This document shows positions 17,769-26,027 of a stretch of DNA of 64,000 bases, one piece after another. The position numbers were made by a program, and so were the translations under genes. Location: IMG/VR virus record IMGVR_UViG_3300030330_006022, positions 1 to 64,000 of that record. One strand, written 5' to 3'. Under the pieces are notes generated by a model, which saw only the letters and a list, made by a program, of their open reading frames with translations, was not told where the DNA came from and made no database searches. The DNA is from a virus. Taxonomy: Duplodnaviria > Caudoviricetes. The number at the start of each line of letters is the position of its first letter. Position 1 is the stretch's first letter.

Positions 17769-18123
17769 ATTCAAACGTAAAAACGGTTCTTTTAGATATA
17801 CTAACTCAGCAAAAGAGTGGCAAGATGGTGATGGAATACATTACATCCATTATCCCTTTATGATTTACAAAGACCATAGTAAATATTCTCTTACTCACCT
17901 GTCAAGTGGTGCTTTGGTGTGTAGAACAAGTAGTTTGTATAGTGCCAAGTACATAGCAACAAGAATATTCCCCTTGCCACAGTTCCTTTTGCCCGATACT
18001 AACCTTGTAAAACTTATGTCAGAGGAACAACGTAGGTTCTGTACCGATATTATTGGTAGGTATAGTGACGTTAGTAAGGGAAAAGTTATCGAGTTGGACA
18101 AAAACTGTCCGTTTACGATTTGA
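17752..18123 (+). CDS. hypothetical protein
   Basis: ORF; LTHLSSGA motif. Confidence 0.55.
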   Translation: MRNILKFKRKNGSFRYTNSAKEWQDGDGIHYIHYPFMIYKDHSKYSLTHLSSGALVCRTSSLYSAKYIATRIFPLPQFLLPDTNLVKLMSEEQRRFCTDIIGRYSDVSKGKVIELDKNCPFTI

Positions 18124-18148
18124 CAATCATTTCATTTCTAGTTATATT
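18096..18148 (+). promoter_or_regulatory. palindrome + promoter (9-nt-gap class)
   Basis: GGACAAAAACTGTCC-N9-TTGACA-N17-TATATT. Confidence 0.85.
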
Positions 18149-18178
18149 ATAAACATCACTTCAACACAGGAGGTCTTT

Positions 18179-19414
18179 ATGACTGACAAACCAACCAAAA
18201 AACCAAAGTTCGATTTGGATTTACACACTTATCGCTTGTTACAGGCAGAACCATTCTTTTCGGCTTTATCAAGACGTATCAACAAATCACAGACAAATGC
18301 TATACCTACAGCAGGTGTACGTCTTAATGAGGGTAGTGGTACATTTGAAATGATTTACAATCCCGAATTTTTTGAGAAGTTGTCTGACAAGCAAAAGTTG
18401 GGTGTCCTCAAGCACGAATTCTATCACATCATCTTTGAACACGTCACAGGGAGACTTCCACCAGAGGGTATGTCTAAAGTGTGGAACATAGCCACAGACT
18501 TGGCTATCAACTCATTCCTTATGGACGAACTTCCAGAGGGAGGGTGTATACCTACTAGAGGTATATTCGAGTCATATCCGAAAGAGCAATCAGCAGAGTG
18601 GTATTATTCCAAACTACAACAAGACCAAGAGAACCAAGAGGGTGCATACGACCCGAAACATGGCAAGGGTCAAGGTGATGGAGATGGTGATGGTCAAGGA
18701 GGTGGCGAACCCGACAGTATGGACGACCATAGTGGGTGGGGTGAAGCCGATGCCGACACTAAACAAATGGCAAAGGAACGTATGAGACAGGCAGTAGAGG
18801 ACGCAGTTAAAGAAGTCCAAAGTCGTGGACAGGGTTGGGGTACGGTAGGTGCTTCAATGCAAGAACGTATCATTGATATGATAACTCCAAAGGTCGATTG
18901 GAAGAAAGTTCTTCGCTACTTCATCAAAACCTCCCAACGTAGCAACAAAAGGTCAACAGTCAGACGTATCAATCCCCGATTCCCCTACATTCATGCAGGG
19001 AAAAAGGTCAACAGACAGGCAAAAATTGCAATATCTATCGACCAAAGTGGTTCTGTGTCAGATGCAATGCTATCGGCTTTCTTCTCCGAACTCAACGGGC
19101 TTTCTAAGTTGGCAGAGTTTACAGTAATCCCATTTGACACTAGTGTAGACGAGTCAAAAGTCTATGTGTGGAAGAAAGGTCAACGTAGGGCTACTGAGAG
19201 GGTACTGTGTGGTGGTACTTGCTTCAACGCACCGACAGAATGGGTCAACAATCGTGGTGACTTCGATGGTCACATCATTCTTACTGATATGGAAGCTCAA
19301 AAGCCTGTGGCAAGCAAATGCCAACGTATTTGGTTTACTTCCGACTATCACGCAAAAAATCCGTACTTCTCTACAACTGAGAAAGTTATCGGTATTCCTA
19401 TTGACAACTCATAG
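18179..19414 (+). CDS. HEXXH metallopeptidase-like + vWA domain protein (DUF2201-type)
   Basis: KHEFYH, WNIATDLAIN, G/D/Q linker, DDH..W, MIDAS IDQSGS, GGTCF, ILTD; start reassigned after AGGAGG. Confidence 0.88.
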   Translation: MTDKPTKKPKFDLDLHTYRLLQAEPFFSALSRRINKSQTNAIPTAGVRLNEGSGTFEMIYNPEFFEKLSDKQKLGVLKHEFYHIIFEHVTGRLPPEGMSKVWNIATDLAINSFLMDELPEGGCIPTRGIFESYPKEQSAEWYYSKLQQDQENQEGAYDPKHGKGQGDGDGDGQGGGEPDSMDDHSGWGEADADTKQMAKERMRQAVEDAVKEVQSRGQGWGTVGASMQERIIDMITPKVDWKKVLRYFIKTSQRSNKRSTVRRINPRFPYIHAGKKVNRQAKIAISIDQSGSVSDAMLSAFFSELNGLSKLAEFTVIPFDTSVDESKVYVWKKGQRRATERVLCGGTCFNAPTEWVNNRGDFDGHIILTDMEAQKPVASKCQRIWFTSDYHAKNPYFSTTEKVIGIPIDNS

Positions 19415-19507
19415 TCGATATTATCTCCTTATAATGGTAAGTGACCATTGAGTTGGTCGGGTAAGGGTGGGCAAAAGGAGACATTTATAAACACAAAGGA
19501 GGTCATT

Positions 19508-19780
19508 ATGACAACACAAAAGTGGAAATATAGAGAACATTTGGGTAGGCAAGGCAAGTTTCGAGTGGGTGACTTAGTAACAGTTACAGCCTATGCTCTG
19601 ACAACCGAACAGAACGACAGGCTATTGGGCATTGATCATACCAAGTTAGTCGGTCTTATCGTAAAGATAGGTAATCATCGCTCTGACAAGTACCCCATAA
19701 AGGTAGATTGGATCAACCCTATGTACAATAAAATGCCAAAAAACTTCTTCTTCAGAGAGTTAAAACGAAAACGGTCATAA
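19508..19780 (+). CDS. SH3/KOW-like mini-protein with N-terminal extension
   Basis: AAGGAGG RBS; KFRVGDLVTV..VGLIVKI..IKVDW. Confidence 0.7.
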   Translation: MTTQKWKYREHLGRQGKFRVGDLVTVTAYALTTEQNDRLLGIDHTKLVGLIVKIGNHRSDKYPIKVDWINPMYNKMPKNFFFRELKRKRS

Positions 19781-19824
19781 ATTGTCCGAAAACAGTTTGC
19801 TTTATTTTTCAGAACGGTTATAAT
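19772..19824 (+). promoter_or_regulatory. palindrome + promoter (9-nt-gap class)
   Basis: CGGTCATAAATTGTCC-N9-TTGCTT-N16-TATAAT. Confidence 0.8.
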
Positions 19825-19852
19825 ACTATTACATTCAACAACGGAGGTCGCT

Positions 19853-20053
19853 ATGAGTGACAACAAAATCACAATCACACTATCAGACAATGCAATTGTT
19901 GAGATAGCAAAGTTAATCGCCACAACCACACCGACAGGCACACCAATCAATCCTTTGGCTATGCTAGGTGCGTTAGGTGGACTACCACTACCCCCACCAA
20001 AGAGTGAGGATACAAAAGAGGAAAAGCCTACTATCGGCTTTAAGACGAACTAA
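19853..20053 (+). CDS. small proline-rich protein ending in IGF motif
   Basis: GGAGG RBS; LPLPPPK...KPTIGFKTN. Confidence 0.65.
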   Translation: MSDNKITITLSDNAIVEIAKLIATTTPTGTPINPLAMLGALGGLPLPPPKSEDTKEEKPTIGFKTN

Positions 20054-20061
20054 AACTAAAA

Positions 20062-20106
20062 CGGACATTTTTTGTCCTTGCTTTATTTCTCAAACCTAGT
20101 TATATT
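20062..20106 (+). promoter_or_regulatory. palindrome + promoter (abutting class)
   Basis: CGGACATTTTTTGTCC|TTGCTT-N17-TATATT. Confidence 0.8.
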
Positions 20107-20157
20107 ATAAACACTTAACATTCAATCATTCTTTAACTATTCAATCGGAGGTCTATT

Positions 20158-21216
20158 ATGACTATTGATTTCAAAACCCTTATTAACAACATTCTTCCTC
20201 ACGTCCTTGACTCCAAGTTCCCTGTTTTACTTCGTGGTAGGCATGGTATTGGCAAAAGTACTGTAGTATATCAAATCGCTAAAGAACGTGGCTTGCCTGT
20301 CGTAGAACGTCGTGCTAGTCAAATGACTGAGGGTGACTTACTTGGTCTACCAAAGGTCAATAACAATGTTACACAATGGTTAGCACCAGAGTGGCTTGAT
20401 ACGGCTTGTAAAAACCCTGTTGTCCTTTTCTTGGACGAAGTTGACAGAGCAACACTTGAAGTCCGACAAGGTATCTTTGAGTTGTGTGACAGTCGCAAGA
20501 TTGCAGGTCACTCCCTACACCCCGACACCCTTATCTTTGCTTGTGTCAATGGTGGTCAGCATGGTGCTGAGTATCAAGTCAACGAGTTCGACCCTGCCGA
20601 GCTTGACCGTTATACTGTCTTTGACGTAGAACCTACGGTTGAAGATTGGTTGGCTTGGGCTGAGGGCAAAGTTGCCGACCCTATTTGGGATTTCATCAAC
20701 CACAACCATAATCACTTGGAACACAAGGATACTTTCGAGCCTAACAAGATTTATCCATCAAGACGTAGTTGGGAACGATTATCTCAAACTCTTGATAAAG
20801 TCGGAAAAATCGAGCATGGCACGACATTGTACCACTTGGCTCACTCTTTCATCGGCTTTGAGGGTGCTATGGCTTTCAATGACTATGTGAAGAACTACTG
20901 TAAGGTTGTGACACCCGAAGATATTCTTGACAAGGGCAACATCAAGTTGACCAAGAAGTTCAAAATCAACGACCATAACTCATTGATTGAGAAGTTCAAG
21001 GCTAAGAAGTGTTTCGATGACAAGTTAGAACAATCACAGTTGCAGAACCTTGCCGAATACTTCACAACACTTCCATCTGAAATCGCTATGACCTTGTGGC
21101 AAGCGATGGGAAGTGGTACTGAAGCTACTCACAACGTGGCACAGTTGCATGGTCTACAGACTAAGCAAGGCTCTGTTCAAGACTTTATCGTCAAGATATT
21201 GACAGCAGGGCAATAA
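20158..21216 (+). CDS. MoxR-like AAA+ ATPase
   Basis: Walker A GRHGIGKS, Walker B LFLDEVDR, DPAELDR, PSRRSWE. Confidence 0.9.
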   Translation: MTIDFKTLINNILPHVLDSKFPVLLRGRHGIGKSTVVYQIAKERGLPVVERRASQMTEGDLLGLPKVNNNVTQWLAPEWLDTACKNPVVLFLDEVDRATLEVRQGIFELCDSRKIAGHSLHPDTLIFACVNGGQHGAEYQVNEFDPAELDRYTVFDVEPTVEDWLAWAEGKVADPIWDFINHNHNHLEHKDTFEPNKIYPSRRSWERLSQTLDKVGKIEHGTTLYHLAHSFIGFEGAMAFNDYVKNYCKVVTPEDILDKGNIKLTKKFKINDHNSLIEKFKAKKCFDDKLEQSQLQNLAEYFTTLPSEIAMTLWQAMGSGTEATHNVAQLHGLQTKQGSVQDFIVKILTAGQ

Positions 21217-21290
21217 TCTCCTTGCTTTATTCAACCGATGTCCTCTATCACAGAGTAGTGTGAGGACATCATTATTTGGAGGACAGAACA

Positions 21291-21428
21291 ATGTCTAAAA
21301 AAACCCCTAAAAAACGAAACATCATTCATCAAGTACATATCGAACAGAACCGAAAGGCTGGCTCTCACAGAGACAAATCGAAGTACACACGAAAAGATAA
21401 ACATAAAAAACAACCACAGGAGGACTAA
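21291..21428 (+). CDS. 45-aa basic peptide with ArfA-like tail (not in ORF track)
   Basis: GGAGG RBS; MSKKTPKKRNIIHQVHIEQNRKAGSHRDKSKYTRKDKHKKQPQED; TAATG coupling to the next gene. Confidence 0.65.
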   Translation: MSKKTPKKRNIIHQVHIEQNRKAGSHRDKSKYTRKDKHKKQPQED

Positions 21429-21730
21429 TGTTTACTACTATCAACGAAATAGTTGTGTTGTCGAGGGAGAATGGTTACACATTCTTTGATAAAGACCGAC
21501 AGATGGAACACAAAACTAGGGTGCTACCCACACTCTACTATGGGAAGTACTTTATCACAGAGCAAATACACGATGGAAAAAAACTCTATGCTATCTACAA
21601 GGCTCTCAAGGACGGTGCTTGTGACATAGTACAAGGCAACATTTATCTATCACAACGATCAGCAGAACGTCATATCAAAATCTATCTAAACCAAACCGAC
21701 TATGAGGAGGTATCTTATGAGTTACAGTAA
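21428..21730 (+). CDS. conserved phage hypothetical protein
   Basis: FFDKD...YYGKYFITE motif; AGGAGG RBS. Confidence 0.65.
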   Translation: MFTTINEIVVLSRENGYTFFDKDRQMEHKTRVLPTLYYGKYFITEQIHDGKKLYAIYKALKDGACDIVQGNIYLSQRSAERHIKIYLNQTDYEEVSYELQ

Positions 21731-22166
21731 ACTATCAGAACATTTCAAGGCTAGGACACCATTCAAATATAACAAAGAAGTTCACTTCGATGGTACAAAG
21801 ATTATCGCCACAGAGGTCAGATGGACAAGGGATCAAAATGGACGTTGGTTTAGACAAAAACTAAATGACCAAATCGTCCTTGCCGAGTATGTCCAACACA
21901 ACGGCAAAGAGTACGCAGTTGTCTACAATCGTGGTAACAAGTGTTTCGCCACAGAGGTTATGATGTGGGGTTTCAATAATAAATACAGAAGTCACTCCCT
22001 TACAAACCTCCAATATGGCGAGATTGGTAAACCTGTTAAAGACCAACAACGTGCCTATCGTTGCCAAATGATTGACGCATTGATTTATAGTGGTGTCATA
22101 TCCCACATTCTTATCCCCACCACACTCAATGGTGATAGCAAGTTCTTCGAGTTGGAGGGGATATAA
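21717..22166 (+). CDS. hypothetical protein
   Basis: GAGGAGG RBS before ATG 21717. Confidence 0.6.
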   Translation: MSYSKLSEHFKARTPFKYNKEVHFDGTKIIATEVRWTRDQNGRWFRQKLNDQIVLAEYVQHNGKEYAVVYNRGNKCFATEVMMWGFNNKYRSHSLTNLQYGEIGKPVKDQQRAYRCQMIDALIYSGVISHILIPTTLNGDSKFFELEGI

Positions 22167-22173
22167 ATAAACT

Positions 22174-22226
22174 CGGTCAAAAATTGTCCGTTTGACGTTT
22201 GCAATATCCTGTGAATCAGTTATAAT
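22174..22226 (+). promoter_or_regulatory. palindrome + promoter (9-nt-gap class)
   Basis: CGGTCAAAAATTGTCC-N9-TTGCAA-N16-TATAAT. Confidence 0.8.
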
Positions 22227-22255
22227 ATAAACATAATCGAAACACAGGAGGTCAA

Positions 22256-22450
22256 ATGAACATAGGAGATTTAGTCAGATACACAGACACATACGATATA
22301 CACAACATTGGTGTCGGCTCTATCGGACTTATTATCGGAGAGTTGTCTAACAAGGTTGAACAACCACGAAGAACAGGACGTTTTTACTATGTCCTTTTCG
22401 GAGATAAACAATATACACTACCTTTTCACCATATACAGGAGGTCAAATGA
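22256..22450 (+). CDS. SH3/KOW-like mini-protein
   Basis: MNIGDLVRY...IQEVK. Confidence 0.8.
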   Translation: MNIGDLVRYTDTYDIHNIGVGSIGLIIGELSNKVEQPRRTGRFYYVLFGDKQYTLPFHHIQEVK

Positions 22451-22671
22451 ACATAGGAGATTTAGTAACGTGGAAGTTGGACGTTTACAATAAAAAAGCC
22501 ATATTGGAATATGGTATTGTTATCGGATACTTCAATGGCAAGACAAGTTATAGAAGAAATGCCTGTGTATGGGTGAAGTTTTCAAGTGGTCAACACTCCC
22601 ATAGAGAGAAAACCTTATGTGCTATCGAACAACTTGTCCTTGCTAAGGACATAAAACAAAAACGGACATAA
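22447..22671 (+). CDS. SH3/KOW-like mini-protein
   Basis: MNIGDLVTW; 32-nt RBS/start block identical to the preceding gene. Confidence 0.8.
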   Translation: MNIGDLVTWKLDVYNKKAILEYGIVIGYFNGKTSYRRNACVWVKFSSGQHSHREKTLCAIEQLVLAKDIKQKRT

Positions 22672-22706
22672 ATTGTCCTTGCAATATTCTGAGAACAGGT
22701 TATATT
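22663..22706 (+). promoter_or_regulatory. palindrome + promoter (abutting class)
   Basis: CGGACATAAATTGTCC|TTGCAA-N16-TATATT. Confidence 0.8.
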
Positions 22707-22734
22707 ATAAGTACATTCCAACACAGGAGATCAA

Positions 22735-22941
22735 ATGCTAGAAAAACTAAAAGAAACTCTAACTTATATCAACAACACTCCAGTTCAAGACATAGACCTT
22801 GACATTCTATTTGAGATAATAGAAGAATACAATACCCTTTATATCGACCCAGACGATGAGTGTCCTTTAGAGTCCTGTATGCTTGGTGACATTGAGGTGG
22901 CATTTTATAACGCACAAGATATTCAAAAAAATGAAGAATAA
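22735..22941 (+). CDS. small acidic hypothetical protein
   Basis: AGGAG RBS. Confidence 0.6.
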   Translation: MLEKLKETLTYINNTPVQDIDLDILFEIIEEYNTLYIDPDDECPLESCMLGDIEVAFYNAQDIQKNEE

Positions 22942-22974
22942 ATAACCAACAACATCAATCAATCGGAGGACATA

Positions 22975-23187
22975 ATGAATAATAAAAAAGTAGAACGAAA
23001 ATCACTTATTGATTTAGGGAGAAGTAAATACTGGTATGTGGTTTACACAGATGGGTCTTATGAACAAATCCCTGTAATCGAAACCAAATCAACAAAAAAA
23101 GATTTTCACCTATCTTCTGAGGAAGAAGATGCGATACTAGAGACTTATCTTGAATTCAAAAACAAAAGAGGACAAAAACGGACATAA
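22975..23187 (+). CDS. hypothetical protein
   Basis: GGAGG RBS. Confidence 0.6.
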   Translation: MNNKKVERKSLIDLGRSKYWYVVYTDGSYEQIPVIETKSTKKDFHLSSEEEDAILETYLEFKNKRGQKRT

Positions 23188-23222
23188 TCTGTCCTTGCAA
23201 ATATCTGAGAACAGATTATATT
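23179..23222 (+). promoter_or_regulatory. palindrome + promoter (abutting class)
   Basis: CGGACATAATCTGTCC|TTGCAA-N16-TATATT; near-copy of the 22663 promoter. Confidence 0.8.
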
Positions 23223-23247
23223 ATAAATACAACAACAGGAGAATACA

Positions 23248-23724
23248 ATGGAATATACATCACAGATTGCTGATATGCTACATAACCCACAACACCCCCG
23301 ATATAGCGATGAATGTTTTAATACTGACTTAATGGCTTATATATTAAAGGACAATACTTTATATGGAGTAACAAATATATGGTGTAGAGATTTCAGACGT
23401 TGGTTAGAGACATACGATATTATTGTGCCCGATAACAGAAGAATGTATACTCCTATTGGTAAACTTGAAAATGGCAAGATTATTGGATATAACACACAGT
23501 TTGCTAATATGGGTAACACGTTCTTGGAGATGGTTGAGACAACAAGAGATAAAGCCTTTTCAAATCTTTACTTCGTAGAAGTTGGATTACATCCATATCC
23601 AAAGTTGGCTAGGTATCGACACACTTGGTTGATAGATAACTACCACAGAGATTGTCACATACTTCTTAATCCACCCACAGACCCGAAAAAGTTCTTCATT
23701 TTGCCAAAGGACTTAGTACCCTAG
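23248..23724 (+). CDS. hypothetical protein
   Basis: AGGAG RBS. Confidence 0.6.
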   Translation: MEYTSQIADMLHNPQHPRYSDECFNTDLMAYILKDNTLYGVTNIWCRDFRRWLETYDIIVPDNRRMYTPIGKLENGKIIGYNTQFANMGNTFLEMVETTRDKAFSNLYFVEVGLHPYPKLARYRHTWLIDNYHRDCHILLNPPTDPKKFFILPKDLVP

Positions 23725-23906
23725 TACACTCCTCCTATCTACCCTACTACCCCACTACCCCTATGGGCTATCTAAAACGCAATCTATCCGTAGATACAAG
23801 CCTGTAAACGGTAGGATTTTAATAAACACTAACTTCGATATAGTATACACATATACATATCAGATACATCAACCACATAACTAGCACCACAACGGAGAAA
23901 TCGCCT

Positions 23907-24155
23907 ATGTCTAACGAAAATAATCAACAAAAACTTTTCAAACCTGTCGTAACCGACACTTTCACAGCCTGTGGTATTATTGAGGGGTTCGTTGAAATTC
24001 CCGATGGTGTGGACGAAGAACAAGCACACATACAGGCATGGCAATACTTAATCGACACAGGTGCGTGTTGGTCGTTACAGGGGTTTTACGGACGTAACGC
24101 ACAGGCTTTAATCGAACAAGGTATATGTACACGACCCACGACACAAAACTCTTGA
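23907..24155 (+). CDS. conserved phage hypothetical protein
   Basis: AWQYLIDTG.CWSLQGFYGR.A..LIE.G motif. Confidence 0.7.
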   Translation: MSNENNQQKLFKPVVTDTFTACGIIEGFVEIPDGVDEEQAHIQAWQYLIDTGACWSLQGFYGRNAQALIEQGICTRPTTQNS

Positions 24156-24208
24156 CAGGTTTTCAAGTATCACCTAGAACAGATTGAGTGTTATACACTT
24201 AAAACCCC

Positions 24209-24249
24209 GACTTCCTAAGGATCGAAAGTCTTGACGGAAGTCTTTTTTT
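24209..24249 (+). terminator. intrinsic terminator
   Basis: GACTTCC...GGAAGTC stem followed by a T-tract. Confidence 0.6.
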
Positions 24250-24292
24250 GTCAAGGATAAATAATTGACATTACGATAATAAGATTGCTTTT

Positions 24293-24345
24293 CGGTCATT
24301 TTTTGTCCAACTTCCATTTGACAGGATCACCAAATCGGTTATGTT
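24293..24345 (+). promoter_or_regulatory. palindrome + promoter (9-nt-gap class)
   Basis: CGGTCATTTTTTGTCC-N9-TTGACA-N16-TATGTT. Confidence 0.8.
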
Positions 24346-24375
24346 ACTAACATCACCAAAACAACGGAGGTTCAA

Positions 24376-24495
24376 ATGGACTTACTTCTTATCATCACTC
24401 TATCAGGACTCTTTTGGGGATTACTCTGTATCCTTTCGGAAGTAGCAACAACAATTCATCGGTCAGAAACTGTCCGAAAACGATTTGACAGATAG
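24376..24495 (+). CDS. 39-aa single-pass membrane peptide (not in ORF track)
   Basis: GGAGG RBS; MDLLLIITLSGLFWGLLCILSEVATTIHRSETVRKRFDR. Confidence 0.6.
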   Translation: MDLLLIITLSGLFWGLLCILSEVATTIHRSETVRKRFDR

Positions 24496-24513
24496 AGATT
24501 TTGAGGTTATATT
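24460..24513 (+). promoter_or_regulatory. palindrome + promoter (9-nt-gap class)
   Basis: CGGTCAGAAACTGTCC-N9-TTGACA-N17-TATATT. Confidence 0.8.
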
Positions 24514-24540
24514 ATAAACATCACTTCAACGGAGGACAAT

Positions 24541-24612
24541 ATGGCAATCGCTTTTATTATGCTACTTGTTATTCTATCACCAATCTATATTCACGTCTTT
24601 ATGGAGGACTAA
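24541..24612 (+). CDS. 23-aa hydrophobic peptide (not in ORF track)
   Basis: GGAGG RBS; MAIAFIMLLVILSPIYIHVFMED. Confidence 0.55.
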   Translation: MAIAFIMLLVILSPIYIHVFMED

Positions 24613-24614
24613 CT

Positions 24615-24791
24615 ATGAATGAATACATCAACCTTACCAACAAACAACTATCCGAAATGTTTTACAAGTCACGTATTGCAGTGAATTCTTTGACTAAATC
24701 AATGTCTAGTAATGATAGACAATATCTTATCAAAAGGCATAAAGATTTATCAGCAGAGATATTACGACGTGGTACAGCCTTTTTATTGTAA
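24615..24791 (+). CDS. hypothetical protein
   Basis: GGAGG RBS before ATG 24615. Confidence 0.6.
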   Translation: MNEYINLTNKQLSEMFYKSRIAVNSLTKSMSSNDRQYLIKRHKDLSAEILRRGTAFLL

Positions 24792-24792
24792 T

Positions 24793-24846
24793 CGGTCAAT
24801 TTCTGTCCGTTTCACATTTGACAAATCTTTTCAACCCTGTTATATT
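24793..24846 (+). promoter_or_regulatory. palindrome + promoter (9-nt-gap class)
   Basis: CGGTCAATTTCTGTCC-N9-TTGACA-N17-TATATT. Confidence 0.85.
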
Positions 24847-24874
24847 ATAAACACTTAACCAATCGGAGGTCACT

Positions 24875-25129
24875 ATGACACTAGAACAAATCATCAACGC
24901 ATTTATCAATCACACATCGGAAGTAAAAGGTCGCTATGGACTGTCGATTCGTGGAGGTGCTTTATATTCTTACAATCTCAAGATTGCTGAACATATCTTG
25001 GGCTCACGTCAAATCATCGTCTATGACTACATGGCGACAGGTTCACGTGGAATGGTGTCGGCTACTACTAGCAAACACGTTGGTATGATTAAACGTGCTG
25101 TTCCTCAGAACTGTTTAGAACTACGATAA
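24875..25129 (+). CDS. conserved phage hypothetical protein
   Basis: LYSYNLKIA...SATTSKHV motif. Confidence 0.65.
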   Translation: MTLEQIINAFINHTSEVKGRYGLSIRGGALYSYNLKIAEHILGSRQIIVYDYMATGSRGMVSATTSKHVGMIKRAVPQNCLELR

Positions 25130-25184
25130 TCTTCTTCCTTACTACCTACTACCCTACCCCTCTACCCCTCTATAGGAGCATAAT

Positions 25185-25454
25185 ATGAAATATTCAAAAA
25201 AACAAAAATCATTATCTCAACCTGTCATCGACTTATTGTCGCACATGTCGAAACTTGTGGACAAGGGTCTCACCCCTGTTGAAGCTGTCGAATGGATGCA
25301 AGAGATTGAACCACAATGGCGATGTAGTCGTGGTTATCCAGCAACAACAGGAGGATTGCGACAGGCACGACAACGTCTTGAACGTAAAGTTGAGATGATG
25401 AAACAGGTCAACAATGGTGTCACAACCTTTATTAACAACAAACCAAAGCAATAA
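25185..25454 (+). CDS. small basic hypothetical protein
   Basis: AGGAG RBS. Confidence 0.6.
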   Translation: MKYSKKQKSLSQPVIDLLSHMSKLVDKGLTPVEAVEWMQEIEPQWRCSRGYPATTGGLRQARQRLERKVEMMKQVNNGVTTFINNKPKQ

Positions 25455-25464
25455 GGAGCTTATA

Positions 25465-25647
25465 ATGGAATCTTTATACGATAGGAACACAATATGTAAC
25501 AAAGATGGAATGATGATCTCCCTCGCACTCGCAACAGCTATGGAGGAACTTGAAAAAGCACGTGAGGAAGGTGATGAACAAGGTGAAATGATGATGAACA
25601 TCGCTGTTAATATGCTACTTGAACAAGTTGAGCCCATAGAGGAGTAA
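25465..25647 (+). CDS. small acidic hypothetical protein
   Basis: AAGGAG RBS before ATG 25465. Confidence 0.6.
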   Translation: MESLYDRNTICNKDGMMISLALATAMEELEKAREEGDEQGEMMMNIAVNMLLEQVEPIEE

Positions 25648-25663
25648 AAAGGGCTCTTTTTTT
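25630..25663 (+). terminator. possible intrinsic terminator
   Basis: GAGCCC-N15-GGGCTC followed by T7. Confidence 0.45.
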
Positions 25664-25707
25664 GTCAATAGAAATTAATTGACATTACGATAAGTTCAAT
25701 GACCAGT

Positions 25708-25764
25708 CGGACATTTTTTGTCCGTTTTGAGTTTGACAACCTCATTTTTATAGGTTATTATAAT
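25708..25764 (+). promoter_or_regulatory. palindrome + promoter (9-nt-gap class)
   Basis: CGGACATTTTTTGTCC-N9-TTGACA-N17-TATTAT(AAT). Confidence 0.8.
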
Positions 25765-25788
25765 AGTACATTCTAACAAGAGGTTTTT

Positions 25789-25944
25789 ATGAAAATAGAA
25801 AGTAAAGCAATAATTCGTCGTCGTATCCAACAACTTGAGGCAGATATCAAATCAGTTCGTAATAGTGGGAACACTTACAGAATGAGAATTCTGTATGCAC
25901 AATTGTCGGCTGCAACGATAAAGTTAGTCAATATGAAAAACTAG
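25789..25944 (+). CDS. 51-aa basic helical peptide (not in ORF track)
   Basis: GAGG RBS; MKIESKAIIRRRIQQLEADIK... Confidence 0.6.
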   Translation: MKIESKAIIRRRIQQLEADIKSVRNSGNTYRMRILYAQLSAATIKLVNMKN

Positions 25945-25996
25945 GACATTTTCTGTCCGTTTTGGATTTGACAAACCCTTTTTTATTGGTTATAAT
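25944..25996 (+). promoter_or_regulatory. palindrome + promoter (9-nt-gap class)
   Basis: GGACATTTTCTGTCC-N9-TTGACA-N17-TATAAT. Confidence 0.88.
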
Positions 25997-26027
25997 ATAG
26001 TATATTCTTTTTCATAGGAGGTCTTAG

